Below are positions 42,457 through 56,400 of a stretch of 64,000 nt of DNA, piece by piece (position 1 is the first letter of the stretch; the number at the start of each line of letters is the position of its first letter). Below the pieces are notes generated by a model. That model made no database searches and had not been told where the DNA came from. It worked only from the letters and a program-made list of their open reading frames with translations. The translations under genes and the position numbers were made by a program. The stretch is from Octopus bimaculoides (taxonomy: Eukaryota): assembly GCF_001194135.2 (NCBI RefSeq), contig NC_068988.1, positions 91,512,342 to 91,576,341 on the forward strand. Direction: 5' to 3'.

Positions 42457-45400
42457 CATTATTATTATTATTATTATTATTATTGATCATGAAGAAAATG
42501 ATTTCCTCTTCTAAATGTAACCTTCTGATAATTTGATGATTGATTATTTCATCTTTTAGAGAACTGTTATTGATTATTTGGCCCAAAATACTTTTGTGCT
42601 ACACTTTCATATACATACATGTATATATGTATGTGTGTGTGTATATGTTTGTGTGTCTGTTTGTCCCCCCAGCATTGCTTGACAATTGATGCTGGTGTGT
42701 TTACGTCCCCGTAACTTAGCGGTTCGGCAAAAGAGACCGATAGAATAAGTACTAGGCTTACAAAGAATAAGCTCTGGGCTAGATTTGCTCGACTATAAAG
42801 GCAGTGCTCCAGCATGGCTGCAGTCAAATGACTGAAACAAGTAAAAGAGTAATACATACCTATTATTTCAGCAAAGATAATCAAGAGAACACTTGTTTTA
42901 TTTTAATAATTCTCGTTAATTTTCAGAAACAGTGAGATCAGTTGGATTGCTGCTAAAAAAAACAATCACCAAGAAAATCAGATACAGAAAACCTACAGTA
43001 CCAAGAAAGACAAATCCTATTTTGGTTCTTATCCCTGTATACCCAAATCATTGAAAAGCAGGAAGAAACCAGTGAAAAAAGACAGTAAAAAATTGAAGAA
43101 CTATAAGGTTTTAGTTAGTTGTTTATATATTTTATTTCTTCATTTGTTATTTTATCATAGTTTTAAGTTAAGGTTATTACAAAATTTATCTGACCAACAA
43201 TATATATAAACCAATATTAAATAATACCTGCCAAGGTTTTTATCAAATATATACTCGTCAGAGGACATGCTTTTATTGACAAGCAGTTTCAAAAAATAAA
43301 GGGGAATACTAATAAATAAGTTAATTTTGTATATCATGATAATGAGAATATGAATTTAAGTACATTAACATAGTAATTATTTGATGATCTCCTTGATGAG
43401 TGATGTTTAATATTAGTAAATGTGTTTTTCTATTGTTTTCATATCATTGTTGTAAATTTGTCCTTGTTTTGTTTAAACATTCTTGAGTCCCGCCCTCCCC
43501 ATTTTTATATCAACACTAGTAGGAACAAGCTAATTAGAAGTCCCTATGTGGTTGCTCACTTTGCTAGAAATACTAGCCAAATCTCTTTCATATCACATCC
43601 TACTATCTTAAAAATAGGAAGCACACATAAGATAATGTAATTCTAGATATACTATGCCTGAATAAAAAAACAGAATGAGCATGGCTGAAACTAATTTGAT
43701 GATAAATTTGTTGGATCAGAGTAGATTTGGAGATAAGCAACAACAGTAACAACAACTGGTGGCAAATACCTGATGTTGTCCAACTTCATTAAATAATTTG
43801 CACAAATAACATCAGTATATAAAAAATATCTTAGTTTCTCTTCATATTTAACAATAAACTTCTTCAAGAATCTGATATTTTTCTTTCTATGAATGCAAAA
43901 AGATCTGTGTGAAAAGTGAAGTTGTATTGCTTGAGGAAAACTAGTTAAAAATGTAGGCAATATACATGTCATTCTAATTTTTTTAAATGAGACAAGGGAG
44001 ACACTATGTAGTCACTGGATTGGTAGAAATAGCAGCCAAATTACCCTTAAACCATATGCTATCTTAAAAAAAAGAGAGGACACATTGGGTAATGTAGTTC
44101 TGGATACATTGTATGAAAATAAGATGATATGACTTCGACTTAAAGTCCATTGGGTAAGGACTGACAAATAACAACTTGTTTTAATTAGAGAAATAACTTG
44201 TCAACTAGAAATCATAGAAATGAAATTATATTACAGTATTTAAGCCACACACAAGGTTGTACCACAATCTTTCCTAAGTCAAACAACTGACATGGTGTAA
44301 CTGTTCCAGAAGCCAGGAAATGATATGTGGGTTTACAGCTGTAGCTATGATATATTAACTATAAATAAACCATTTTTATAGTTTCTCAATATAATTCTAA
44401 TTATCTCAACATAAGTTTGATTTCAATGCAAATGTATATAACTATTATCTATGCAGATTTGGTATCAAATCTAAAAGTAGCTTAACTTGCTAATGGTCTA
44501 ATTTACAAATTTTAGTATTTTGGAAGAGCCTGTGTCACTCAACTCTTAGAGATACATTTGATCTAGGTGTTTGACATGTTAAAAGAAGACCTAGACACAC
44601 ACACACACACACACACACACACGCCTTTTTTTCTGTTTTTAAATAATTAACATTGTAAGACAAGCAGATCCTTGTTTCCATCCAGTATGTTAGATGTATA
44701 CTAATTTATTAAGGTAAATACAAAAGTAGTTCCCTGGTATGTTATGTCCAAGATTAAATTATTCACTATCCTCAATCATTGTAAGATGGTATGGTGAAGT
44801 TTGTGGGAGAGTTTGCTTTATTTCTACTACATCAAGCAACTGCATAGAGTCTGTGATGTGTGTACTCATTGAAAGCAAGAGATACAGAAACGATCCAACA
44901 GTATTTCAGACAGCTTGACAGAAACTGAGGCGGCGAACTGGCAGAAACGTTAACACGCCGGGCGAAATGCTTAGCTGTATTTCGTCTGTCTTTATACGTT
45001 CTGAGTTCAAATTCCGCCGAGGTCGATTTTGCCTTTCATCCTTTCGGGGTCGATTAAATAAGTACCAGTTACGCACTGGGGTCGATGTGATCGGCTTACT
45101 CTCTTTGTCTGTCCTTGTTTGTCCCCTCTATGTGTAGCCCCTTGTGGGCAGTAAAGAAATAAGAAACTGAGAACTCGAGATACACACAGGGTTCAGTAGA
45201 TGTAACTGACAGTGACATAATCTGTGCCGGAGTATAATAGCTACTGTTAGGATGTAGTGAGAAAAGGTTCAGTAAACCATTTCTTCTCTCTCCCTTTGTA
45301 AAAAGTAGACTTTACAAAGTATGTAGAAGAAGTGTGGTGGTATGTGATAGTGGTATGGTCTGTTTGATATACAAGTGTTCATTTCCTCTCTTGCACAGTA

Positions 45401-47623
45401 CTGATGCAGTGCAAGAGTGGGTAGGAATTAAATGTATCACTTGAAGGCATAGGAAAAAAATGCTGTCAGGATTTAGAATAAACACGAGTGATAAGAGTGG
45501 CAATATTCTATACAGAAGATCCAGCCAACTTGGGAAAACAGACATTGAAGTGATGATAGTGGTGGTGACTGGTTGTACATGAGAAGGAGATTATTTCTTC
45601 CATATAGTATAGAAAAGAATGATTATTTTTCAATTAAGCTTTTATATTATGATTATTATGAAAATATATTCATGACAGTTTGTTAAAAGTTAACATAAAA
45701 ACTCAATGCCTATATACTTTTATTGCTATACTTCATAAACACTTATATTTGCCTATGCATACAGTTTTTGCTAAATAAAAATCTGTAGATATATTCTGAG
45801 GAAAGAATTTTGACCCAGGAAGAACATCACAAATTGAACTTTCAAGAAAATTTCTCCAATTATTAAGAAAACTCTTCTGACAAAATTGAGCTTAATGTTT
45901 CTTTGTCTGATCACTTAGACTGAAGCAAAAACAACAATAACTTATATTCTTTTATCTTAAACAGGAAAAGGAATTGACATTTCATGATACTGAATTCACA
46001 TGTAATGGTTCTCTCAACTGTCTTACTGATGAAGAACATCAAGTGTTGACCAGAACAACTACAGAACTGAGCCACAGTGAGAGCATCAACAAATCTCTAG
46101 TGTCTTTTAATATATCAGAGAAATTGCTTCCAACAAACAGTGTTTTGGGAGTTCACCAATTTCAACCTAGTTGTAGCTCATCATTTACAGCTCCTTCAAA
46201 AGCAACTGACAATCTTCAGGGGACTGTTGATATATATCCACGCAGTGATTCTAGCAAATGTGCATCTCTTGTTTCTTGTGTCTCTCTTGCATCTCATTCA
46301 TCTCTCACATCAATCAACAGTAAGAAAAACCAATTTCTCGACTCCCCACTTGAGGAAAGAATTTTGACCCAAGAAGAACATCACAAACTGAACTTTCAAG
46401 AAAATTTCTCAAATTATCAAGAAAACTCTTCCGACAAAAGTGAGCCTAACGTTTCTTTGTCTGATCACTTAGACAATTTTTCAGGGTCTAATCTCTCTAT
46501 TACCAGTTTCCAAAAGAATTCCATGCACCAGCAAGCCCAGATGTCACCAAAACAGACTTCATTTTGGAAGCCATCTTTATGGGTAAATTTTGAAGTCTTT
46601 TTATGAAACCTCATCTGCATTATTTCTGTGCATTGTTGATATCACCTATGTAGTCTTGTTAGAAACACACATGCAAACATTGGAATTAAAACATTGTGTA
46701 ATCTTTTGGATTATTGGGACACCACCAAAGGGTTCATCTTAAGAGTGTATCACAAACAAGTTGAAATGGAGAATCACATCTCTTTTCTAGTTGTTGCTTT
46801 TATACACACGAAAGTGTTATGATTGTCCTTTTATAGAGATTACAACAGAGTACCTTACCTAACAGCAAGATAGGAATCTCCTCTCTCTCATGGTGCTAAT
46901 ATTTTACTTGCACCACATGTATGAATTAATATATTACATCTGTGTTTATATATTTAGAATTATTCATAAAATAAGTTCATGCATCATAAGGAGAGATGAA
47001 TTGTGATACTTCTGGCAGGACTGATAAAACCACACAGATAGGAGCTGATAATAATTCTAATGAATATTAAAAGCTCTAGTTTCTAATGCTATGCTTTGAC
47101 TTTAAATTTGATTGTTAACAACTGAATTCCTTCAGAATAAAGCTGAATATTATCATGAATGTATTACTGTCTCATTTAGGACAATTTCACTCAAGACAAG
47201 AGTACAAAGATTAACAACTTTCAAGGTAAATTCTTTTAGTCGTTCTTTTAAAATATTCACTGTTGTGTATGTAGCATCATTACTGTAATGTACAGTAAGA
47301 TTCTCTAATAGGAGAGAGCCTTTTTATTTAGGTACTTACTTTTAAAACTATTAAGTGTCCTGTTTTCTATTAAAAACCAGGTGAGTAGAACTAAGTATAC
47401 TGAGACCATTAACGTTACATATCAATCCCAGATATATGACATAATGACTGTTATATAGCCACATGGTTAAGATGATCATATGATTCAGGGTTCAATCCCG
47501 GTGTGCAGACTCTTGAGCGAGTATTTTTTGTCATAGCCTTAAATTTACAAACATTGAGTGAAAGTTGACTGACAGAAATTCTCAGATGTCTCTTTCTCTT
47601 CCTCCCTCCTTCTCCTCTCTGTT

Positions 47624-47661
<38 letters not shown>

Positions 47662-48096
47662 TAAATATTATATATATATATATATATATATTATATATTA
47701 TATATATATATATTATATATTATATTTATCTTATGATATTTACTTTGCTTTATATTATACTCATTTATTGTGCTTTTAATTGTTAATTTTTCTATATGTG
47801 ATAGTTGATTTTCATCGATGAGTTCTTGAAACTTGGTTATTTTCCCTAAAACTATATATTTTATATATATTTTATCTATAAAGCTCAATTTAATTTTAAT
47901 TTTTTATAAATNNNNNNNNNNNNNNNNNNNNNNNNNNNNNNNNNNNNNNNNNNNNNNNNNNNNNNNNNNNNNNNNNNNNNNNNNNNNNNNNNNNNNNNNN
48001 NNNNNNNNNNNNNNNNNNNNNNNNNNNNNNNNNNNNNNNNNNNNNNNNNNNNNNNNNNNNNNNNNNNNNNNNNNNNNNNNNNNNNNNNNNNATTAT

Positions 48097-48137
<41 letters not shown>

Positions 48138-49791
48138 TTATACATTTATATTTATCATGTTCATATAGGCTCCAAAATGGAAAGTTGTTCACAACAATAA
48201 TTGTCTCAAAAAAGATATTCTCCTTATAGGATGACATGCAAAACACATTGAGTTGAGCTCTGAATGATGTCAGCATTTGAGGGTACATAAGCATGTTAAA
48301 TATAAATGTACACAGCTTTATTCTAATCATAGCTGTTTAGTCTCTTATAATGAATTTATTCTAGCTTGACAGAGCTTTTATACATACCAGCAAATGTATT
48401 TTTTGCTGTTTACATGAAGGAACATCACTTTTTACTGGGCTATGAATGACTGAAACAGTATCTGTAACAGATAAAACTCAACCATGCAGAAACATTATAG
48501 TCTGATGACACTTTTCAGAACCTAGCTTAATGTTTTCACACACACATTGTCTATAAAGAAAATAATCTTCTAGAGACAGTGGAAGAGAGAGTACCCAGGA
48601 AGTCATGGGACAAAGTACTGAAGGATGACCTCAGGACACTGAACATTGCAGAGGAGATGACAAAGGACCAAGATATCTGACACCTTGCTGCACTCAAGAA
48701 GATCTGTCCTCTACAGCAGAAGTGTTAATGCCCCTACCGCAGATGAAGAGGATTGACCTGCAAAAGCCCTGTGCTGGTACCATGTAAAAGGTACTCATAC
48801 GAACGCCATGTGAAAGCACTCGGCACACACTGTTAAGTGGTTGGTATTAGGAAGGACATCCAGCCCTAGAAACCAGGCCAAATCAGACTGAAACCTGATG
48901 CAGCTCACCTGCTTGCTAGCTCTGGTCAAATTGTCCAACCCATGCCAGCATGGAAAACAGATGTTAAAGGAGGAGGATGATGATGATGACAACAACAATG
49001 TGAATATACTTGAACTGGTTAAATATATATGTACAGAACTATTTTAATTATTATTGCTTAGTGTGTTTATAAATAATTCAGCTTGACAAATTGCACATGC
49101 AAGCAAATGTATTTTTTATTATTTATATAAAAGAACAACTGTTCTTACTGGTCTTTGAATGACTGGTGTCTATAACTAATGGAGTGTAACCACACAGAAA
49201 GGCATGTCTTACAGTCCAGTAACAGCATTTAGAACCTGAGTCAATGTGTTTGTATATTTTGTCATTTCCTGAGGTACTTTTGGATTCTGCTTTCTTCATG
49301 AACAATTCAACTTCCTTGATTGTAAGATCTGAAAGGTCAAACCAAATCTCAGGGTCAGGAGGAAACAAATCATCACTAATTAAAGTCTGAATAAACACTG
49401 CATATATGACTAAGCACCCACTACACTCTCTGAGTGGTTGGCGTTAGGAAGGGCATCCAGCTGTAGAAACTCTGCTAAATCAGATTGGAGCCTGGTGTAG
49501 TCATCTGGTTCACCAGTCCTCAGTCAAATCGTCCTACCCATGCTAGCATGGAAAGCGGACGTTAAACGATGATGATGATGTATGTATGTGTCTATGTATA
49601 TATATCATCATCATCATCATCATCATCATCTTCATCATCATCGTTTAACGTCCGCTTTCCATGCTGGCATGGGTTGGACGATTTGACTGAGGACTGGTGA
49701 AACCGGATGGCAACACCAGGCTCCAGTCTAATTTGGCAGAGTTTCTACAGCTGGATGCCCTTCCTAACGCCAACCACTCAGAGAATATATA

Positions 49792-49846
<55 letters not shown>

Positions 49847-50363
49847 GTGCTAATATTGAACAGAGACAATGAGTATTCAACACTGCATTGCTGGATAAAA
49901 ATTTCAACAGAAATATGGTATCAAAAAGATTAAAATTAATATTCATTCACAAAGCAGTAGATCGATGATTGAGGGTATTAATAGTTTAATGGACTAAACT
50001 ATCAAAAACAAGTTATTTCCTGCTAAAATGGGTTGGATAGGTCTAACAACTTGACTGACTACTTTGTTGTGATAAGTCATTATCCTGCAGATTCAATAGA
50101 AAATACCTGCTATATATGAGGTGAATAATGTCATACATTAATGTTACTGATCTTTCTGGTTTTCCCCCCTTTACTTCCAGTTTTCCATGACAGCATGGGT
50201 TAGATGAATATGTATTATTGAGGCATTGTTGCTTACTCTTAAGAGATCCTTTATTTCATGTCTTTGAAGGTACAAAGCCAGTGTGATTTCTTGACAAGAG
50301 AAATGACAACTGTATCACAATATTTGGAGATTATGTAAACAAGCATGCAGGCAGATGTGTGCA

Positions 50364-50417
<54 letters not shown>

Positions 50418-53400
50418 TACACACATGAATACATACTTACATACATATAGTCTTCTTTCATTTTCCATCTACCAAATTTCCTCATAAGGCTTTGGCTGGC
50501 TGAGGGTCATAGCAGAAGACACTTGCCAAAGATGCTGAACCTGAAACCAAGTGGTTGGGAAACATACTGTTTGACTACACAGCCTTGTCTGCACCTATCA
50601 AACACCTACCAAAATTAGTAGTGCTTGTAATATTTTATAGCAGTAGTTGCTCATATTACTACTACAGTTGTTACTACATTAGAGGTGATGATGATATTGG
50701 TGGTAGTTTAATTCCAACTTCTTAGTTATGGTTCCCATTTAACACTGCATAATTAACATCAAATAAGCGTAAACTTTCCATATCCTACAATAAAAATAAT
50801 TTCAAAATTTCTCCCTCTGCAAGAAACCATATACAGGGGTTGGACAAAATAATGGAAACACCTAGCATCTTTGCATTATAATTTTGAAATATCTATAAAA
50901 CCATTGAAAGCTTGTTTATTTTTGTTTTTTGATCTATTGTTAGTGTTGCTTAATATGTTTAGCTAAAATTGCTGTTTCTTTTCAGATATCATCAGAAAAA
51001 GGTAATTAAAATTCATTAAAATGACAGATCTATTGGACTTTCAAAGAGGTCAAATTGTTGGTGCTCGTATGGCAGGTGCTAGCGTAATGCAAACAGCCGA
51101 AATGTTTGATGTATCAAGAAGTGCTGTCTCGAAAGTAACAATAGCCTTTGAGAAAGAGGGAAAAACCTCCTCATTGAAACAAAACTCCAGAAGAAAACCA
51201 AAACTTTCAGATAGGGACCGTCAGACTCTTACACAAATTGTTAGAAAGGATCACAAAAGTACAGCTCCCAAAATTAAAGCAGAGCTTAATGACCACCTCG
51301 AGAACCCAGTTTCTACAAAAACTGTTCACCAGGAGCTGCACAAAGCCGGATTTCACAGGAGGGCTGCAATCAGAAAACTACTACTTTCAAAAGCAAACGT
51401 TGCAAAGCATTTAGAGTGGAGTAAAATCCTACAGAATTAGTCCCTAGAGCAGTGGAAGAATGTTATATCCTCAGATGAGTCATCCTTTACCTTATTTCTG
51501 ACCACCGGCCGAGTATACGAGTAGAGACAGCCAAAAGAAGCATTTGACCCAGATTGCCTTCTTCCAACTGTTAAACATGGAGGAGGATCTGTGATGATTT
51601 GGGGGGGCTATATCTTAGAAATCTGCTGGCCCACTGTTTTGGTTTTCCTTCATGGCAGAATTAATAGTCAAAATTATTTAAGCATTTTTCTGATCAAATT
51701 CATCCAATGGCTGCGGAACTGTTTCTGGAGGGAAGCACAGTCTTTCAGGGTGATAATGCACCAATTCACACAGCTAAAGTTGTTACTGAATGACACAAGG
51801 AGCATTCTAGTGAAGTTGAACATCTTATTATCTGGCCACCACAGTCCCCAGATCTCAATATTATTGAACATTTATGGTGCAATTTAGAAAAACAAGTAAG
51901 GAGTCAATATCCTTTACCATCATCACTACAAGAATTGGAGACTGTTTTAGCTGAAGAATGGACAAAAATTCCTTTGAAAACAATTCAAACTTTGTATGAA
52001 TCCATGCCTTGTAGAATTCAAACTGTAATTACTGCCAAAAGTAGTCCTACCCCATATTAAGATAAATTTGTTTGAAATTTTGAGGTGTTTCCATTATTTT
52101 GTGCAACCCCTGTAATCTTCAAATCCTATTTTATTTTGTTCTTAGCCTTGCCAACAAAGACATATAAGAAATCAGTGACCGTGTCAGTCAGTGATGAATC
52201 TGTAGAAGTTCTTACTGCAAAAGTGTCAGAGAGGAGTAGTCATCAATATTCCTGTACCAGAGAATCAGCCTACTTACCAACTGAGAGTAAAAGTTCCGAC
52301 AATTGTAGCAATTACAAATCTGGTAACATCAAACAACTTGTCCATTCTATTGGAACTGATATGAAAAAATCTATTGCAGTAAGTCACATTCAATGAATTA
52401 AGATGTTGTTCCATAGTTGTATTTAACATTCCAAAATTCTTTTTGCATTTCATTTTCTTTTATATTGACTGATTTGTTGAAGGTGAATGACTACTTTACT
52501 TAATCCACTTTAAATCTACTTTAATAGTTGTTTTTCATGCAACAGGCACTCCTATGTATCTTTCCCATTCACTCTTTTATCACACAACTCAGTGTTCATT
52601 CACAAAGCTCCTACACTTTCTCTTGTCATACTAACATCTTGATTAAACAGTTGTTCTACACTGCCTTGATGATGTATAGAAATGTGTCCCAAAGCTATCA
52701 CCATACTACAAAAGATCAGTTTTACCGGCACTAAATTCTGATATTGTCTCCTCTGCCTTTCTTTACCAGAATTAATCATTATGATAATGGGTTTTTTTCT
52801 CATCAGTTAAGGTGAAATTTAATTAAATAGTATTTTTATTTTTAAATAATACTAAATATGTTTTTAAATTGTATCGAATATTAGCAACCACTTTACTATC
52901 ATTCTCTTAACAGGCATAGTACCCTATCTTCTTCATATATATAAATGAATACACATACATACATACATATACATACATAAGATTTGACATAGGAGCATCT
53001 GGTTGTCCAATCAACTGGACAACTTGCTCATTGAATTAACATGTAACGTTGCTGAGTATTCCACTGACATATATCCTTAATGTAATTCACAAGGAGAACC
53101 AGCATGATGCATTGTGACAAGGCTAGATATTTGAATAACAAGTACAGTCCATCTGATAGGCTTCTATACAGTTTCTTGTAGCAGCTAACTATAATACTAC
53201 TATACCAGTCATTGGGGATGGTGCCTTCCTGAATAACCTGATTAACTATATGGGTGACTAAAACTGTATCTTACACCACCAGAAATTTTAATCATTTTGG
53301 CAGTGATTCCTGATGGCCCAGGGGCTTTCCACGTCTTCATGTCCTTAATTACCTTATCTATTATGCTGCTATCAACTCTGAAGGCTAGACCCTCAATTGG

Positions 53401-56400
53401 TTTGATATTTGGTAGATTCTCCTTCACCCATTCATTTTCCACATTTAGTAACCTTTCATAGTGACACTTCCATGCATCCTTCTTCTCTGAGTCACTAAGT
53501 GCAAGCATACTATTATCCATTCGCACACATTTCTCACCTACCACATCTCTATTCTCTCTGATACACTGCTTTGCAATCCTGAACACCTCATGCCTCTGAT
53601 CCTCATGCTGTAAAACATTTGCAAATCTCTTACCTTCAGCTACTCCTTTTGCTATGTATACCTGATGCCTATCTGCCCTNNNNNNNNNNNNNNNNNNNNN
53701 NNNNNNNNNNNNNNNNNNCTGTCAACCTCCTTGCTCCACCACCATGTCACCCTTGGTCTAGCTGAGACTCTGCACCAACCACAGATTTCGTCCGTAACCC
53801 TCAGTAGATTGTCCCGCAGGAACTTCCAATTGTCCTCTAAGCTATATGTCCCCAACTCTTCCTCTCTTTTGTCAGAAGCTTCCATTAGTAAATCTCTAAA
53901 TTTTTGTCTGTTTGCTGGGTCTTTGAGCTTCCATAGTCTTCTTTTCCAGATTGGTTTATTTCTCTGAGTCTTTCTAGCTCTAATTCTGAAGTCACTGTTG
54001 GGTTGTACAATTTTCACCTGAGAAAGACTTTATATTTTTAAGCATCCATCTATTCGTGACCTGGTGAGGAGGTAGTCACTCTGGCTTATGTGCTCACCAG
54101 ACTGATAAGTGATTAAGTGGTTGGCTGGTTTTTTGAAGTTAGTGTTGCAGATCATGAGATCATTTGCATCACAGAACTCCAGCAGTCTTGTTCCCTCCTC
54201 ATATCTAGGTCCAAAACTATAGTCCCCATGCACTCCCTGGAATCCATTGAAGTCACCAGCCACAAGTCTCTGTCATTTGTCATTGAGATGATCTGCAAAA
54301 GGATCTCATAGAATTGGTCCTTCTGCTCATCAGTCGGCCCAGACTGAGGAGCATAGGCAGAGATAAATGTCACTGTTAATTTACCTAGGATAAGTCTCAT
54401 CTTAATTACCCTATCACATACTCTGGCTACCTCAATTACCTTATCTACCCACTTTTCTGCTAACAGTATGCCTACTCCACCCACTCCATCCTTCCTGCTG
54501 ACCCCAAATAATTCGAATCTCTGTCTCTTACCTGTGAGGAATCTAGCTGAGGTTCCCCTCCATCTTACTTTTTGCACACCACACACATCAACATGGTGTC
54601 ACTTCAGCATTTCAATAATCTCCCCACTCCTTCCTTTCCTTGTGCCAACACTGATGGTAGCAACCCTGAGATTGAGTACTTGGAAGTGGTAGCAGTACGG
54701 TAGTTTTGGAAATTTTGCCATCACCTGAAATGAAGATCTGCAAAAATGCTTGCCAGCTACCATAGAGTTTTGACACAGTTTATTCAGTAAATTACAACGA
54801 ATCACAGTTCCCCCACCTTGCCCAACATCTAGAGCAAGAGCCAACAAGTTGATATGAGAATAGAGTAGTTACATAGGGCAGTTTAACTATTATATGTCTA
54901 AATATTTATATATGAGGTACCTTTATCTGTATACTATATTCACCAGGGTGCTTATATGAGGATATAACGAGGTATAAAGGTATACTCAAAATGTGTATTC
55001 ACATACGCAGGAAGTGTATGAGTCGCCAGGTAAAATTGTTAATGTACGAATTAAGATGGTGGGGGGGAGGATGGGTGGGCATAACAGGTGTGCAAAATGG
55101 ATGTTGAACACAGGCCATGTGCAAACTAAGTTTTACATACGACATAGCGAAACGGGCTCAGAAGAAAAGCCATAGTATTTAATAATTATCATTATTCTTA
55201 TTATCATTAAAATATTAATGCTAAATTAATATTACATGGAAAAATGCGAGCATGAAAAGTAATATTCTTAAGAGTATAAAGCTGGAAAAGTACAGAACAA
55301 GTTATTACACCTGGAAAAGTACAGGACAAGCTATTACTTCTAGTAAAGCAAAGAGTAAGAAACTTTTTACTTAAGATATTGCAGCAAAGAATGCCATTCT
55401 TCTAATTTATCACTCTTTACAGTTCTCATCTTTAAATTTATTATACAAAATTGTTCGGATAATTATTCACTTTTTTCTGTATTTAAGTTATTAAATGAGC
55501 CAAATTCTACATAAATAAGTATAGTGTTATTTGTAAATTATAATAAAATAATTTTTAATATTCAAATTTTAATTTTAGCTGCAATATTTTAAGTAAAAAG
55601 TTTCTTATTCTTTACTAGAAGTAATAGCTTGTCCTATACTTTTACAGGTGCAATAACTTGTCCTGTACTTTTCCAGGTTTATAATCTTAAGAATATTACT
55701 TTTCAAGCTCGCATTTTTCCATGTAATCCATGATTTTTCCAGGCATTGCTGTTATAAGATAATTAATAATGTGTCAATTAATAATTTAAGATTTTAAATT
55801 ATAAAATACTGAAAGATAATATATCAATTTTTCCATGTAAGTGATGATGATGTTTCAATTTTTTTCATGTTTAATTTAAATATATGTTGTGATTGAATTA
55901 TTTGATATTACCCATCCACACCAAATTAATGTTGGTTGCACCATGGCTCACCAAAAGTTACAAACAAGACCCTAAAACCATCAGTTACCAGGCTCACCTT
56001 AAGTAACCTAATTTTGCAATATTAGGTGGTCACAGGAATTCATACAACAACAAAAAAAAAAATTCCAGTTATTCTGGGATTAGTGGGGAAACCCCCACCT
56101 CATTTTTTCCAAACAAAAATAAGGGATTTGCAGCATATTAGGAGGTCAGGGTACTTGATTCCACGCAAAAAATCAAATTTTTTGTGTTTTTTTTTCTAAT
56201 ATAGAAATTGACCATAATGTTGTTGCTATTTAGCCTCAAATCAACCCTGATACTGCAGACCTATCATCAAAGACATTCCAGCCTTCAGCAAACCGTCTTT
56301 TCAGGGATAATGTAGGACATTACATACAATGGTTGTGTGATTTAGGTAGGGGAATACTTTGGCTGCTATTTTTAGCGTATCAAGTGACCAGGTAGAGGCT

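Noticed and set aside
55100-55175. Possible Helitron 3' end (gcgaaacgggc...catagta)
   Set aside because: The hairpin and CTAG terminus are degenerate and no 5' end was identified
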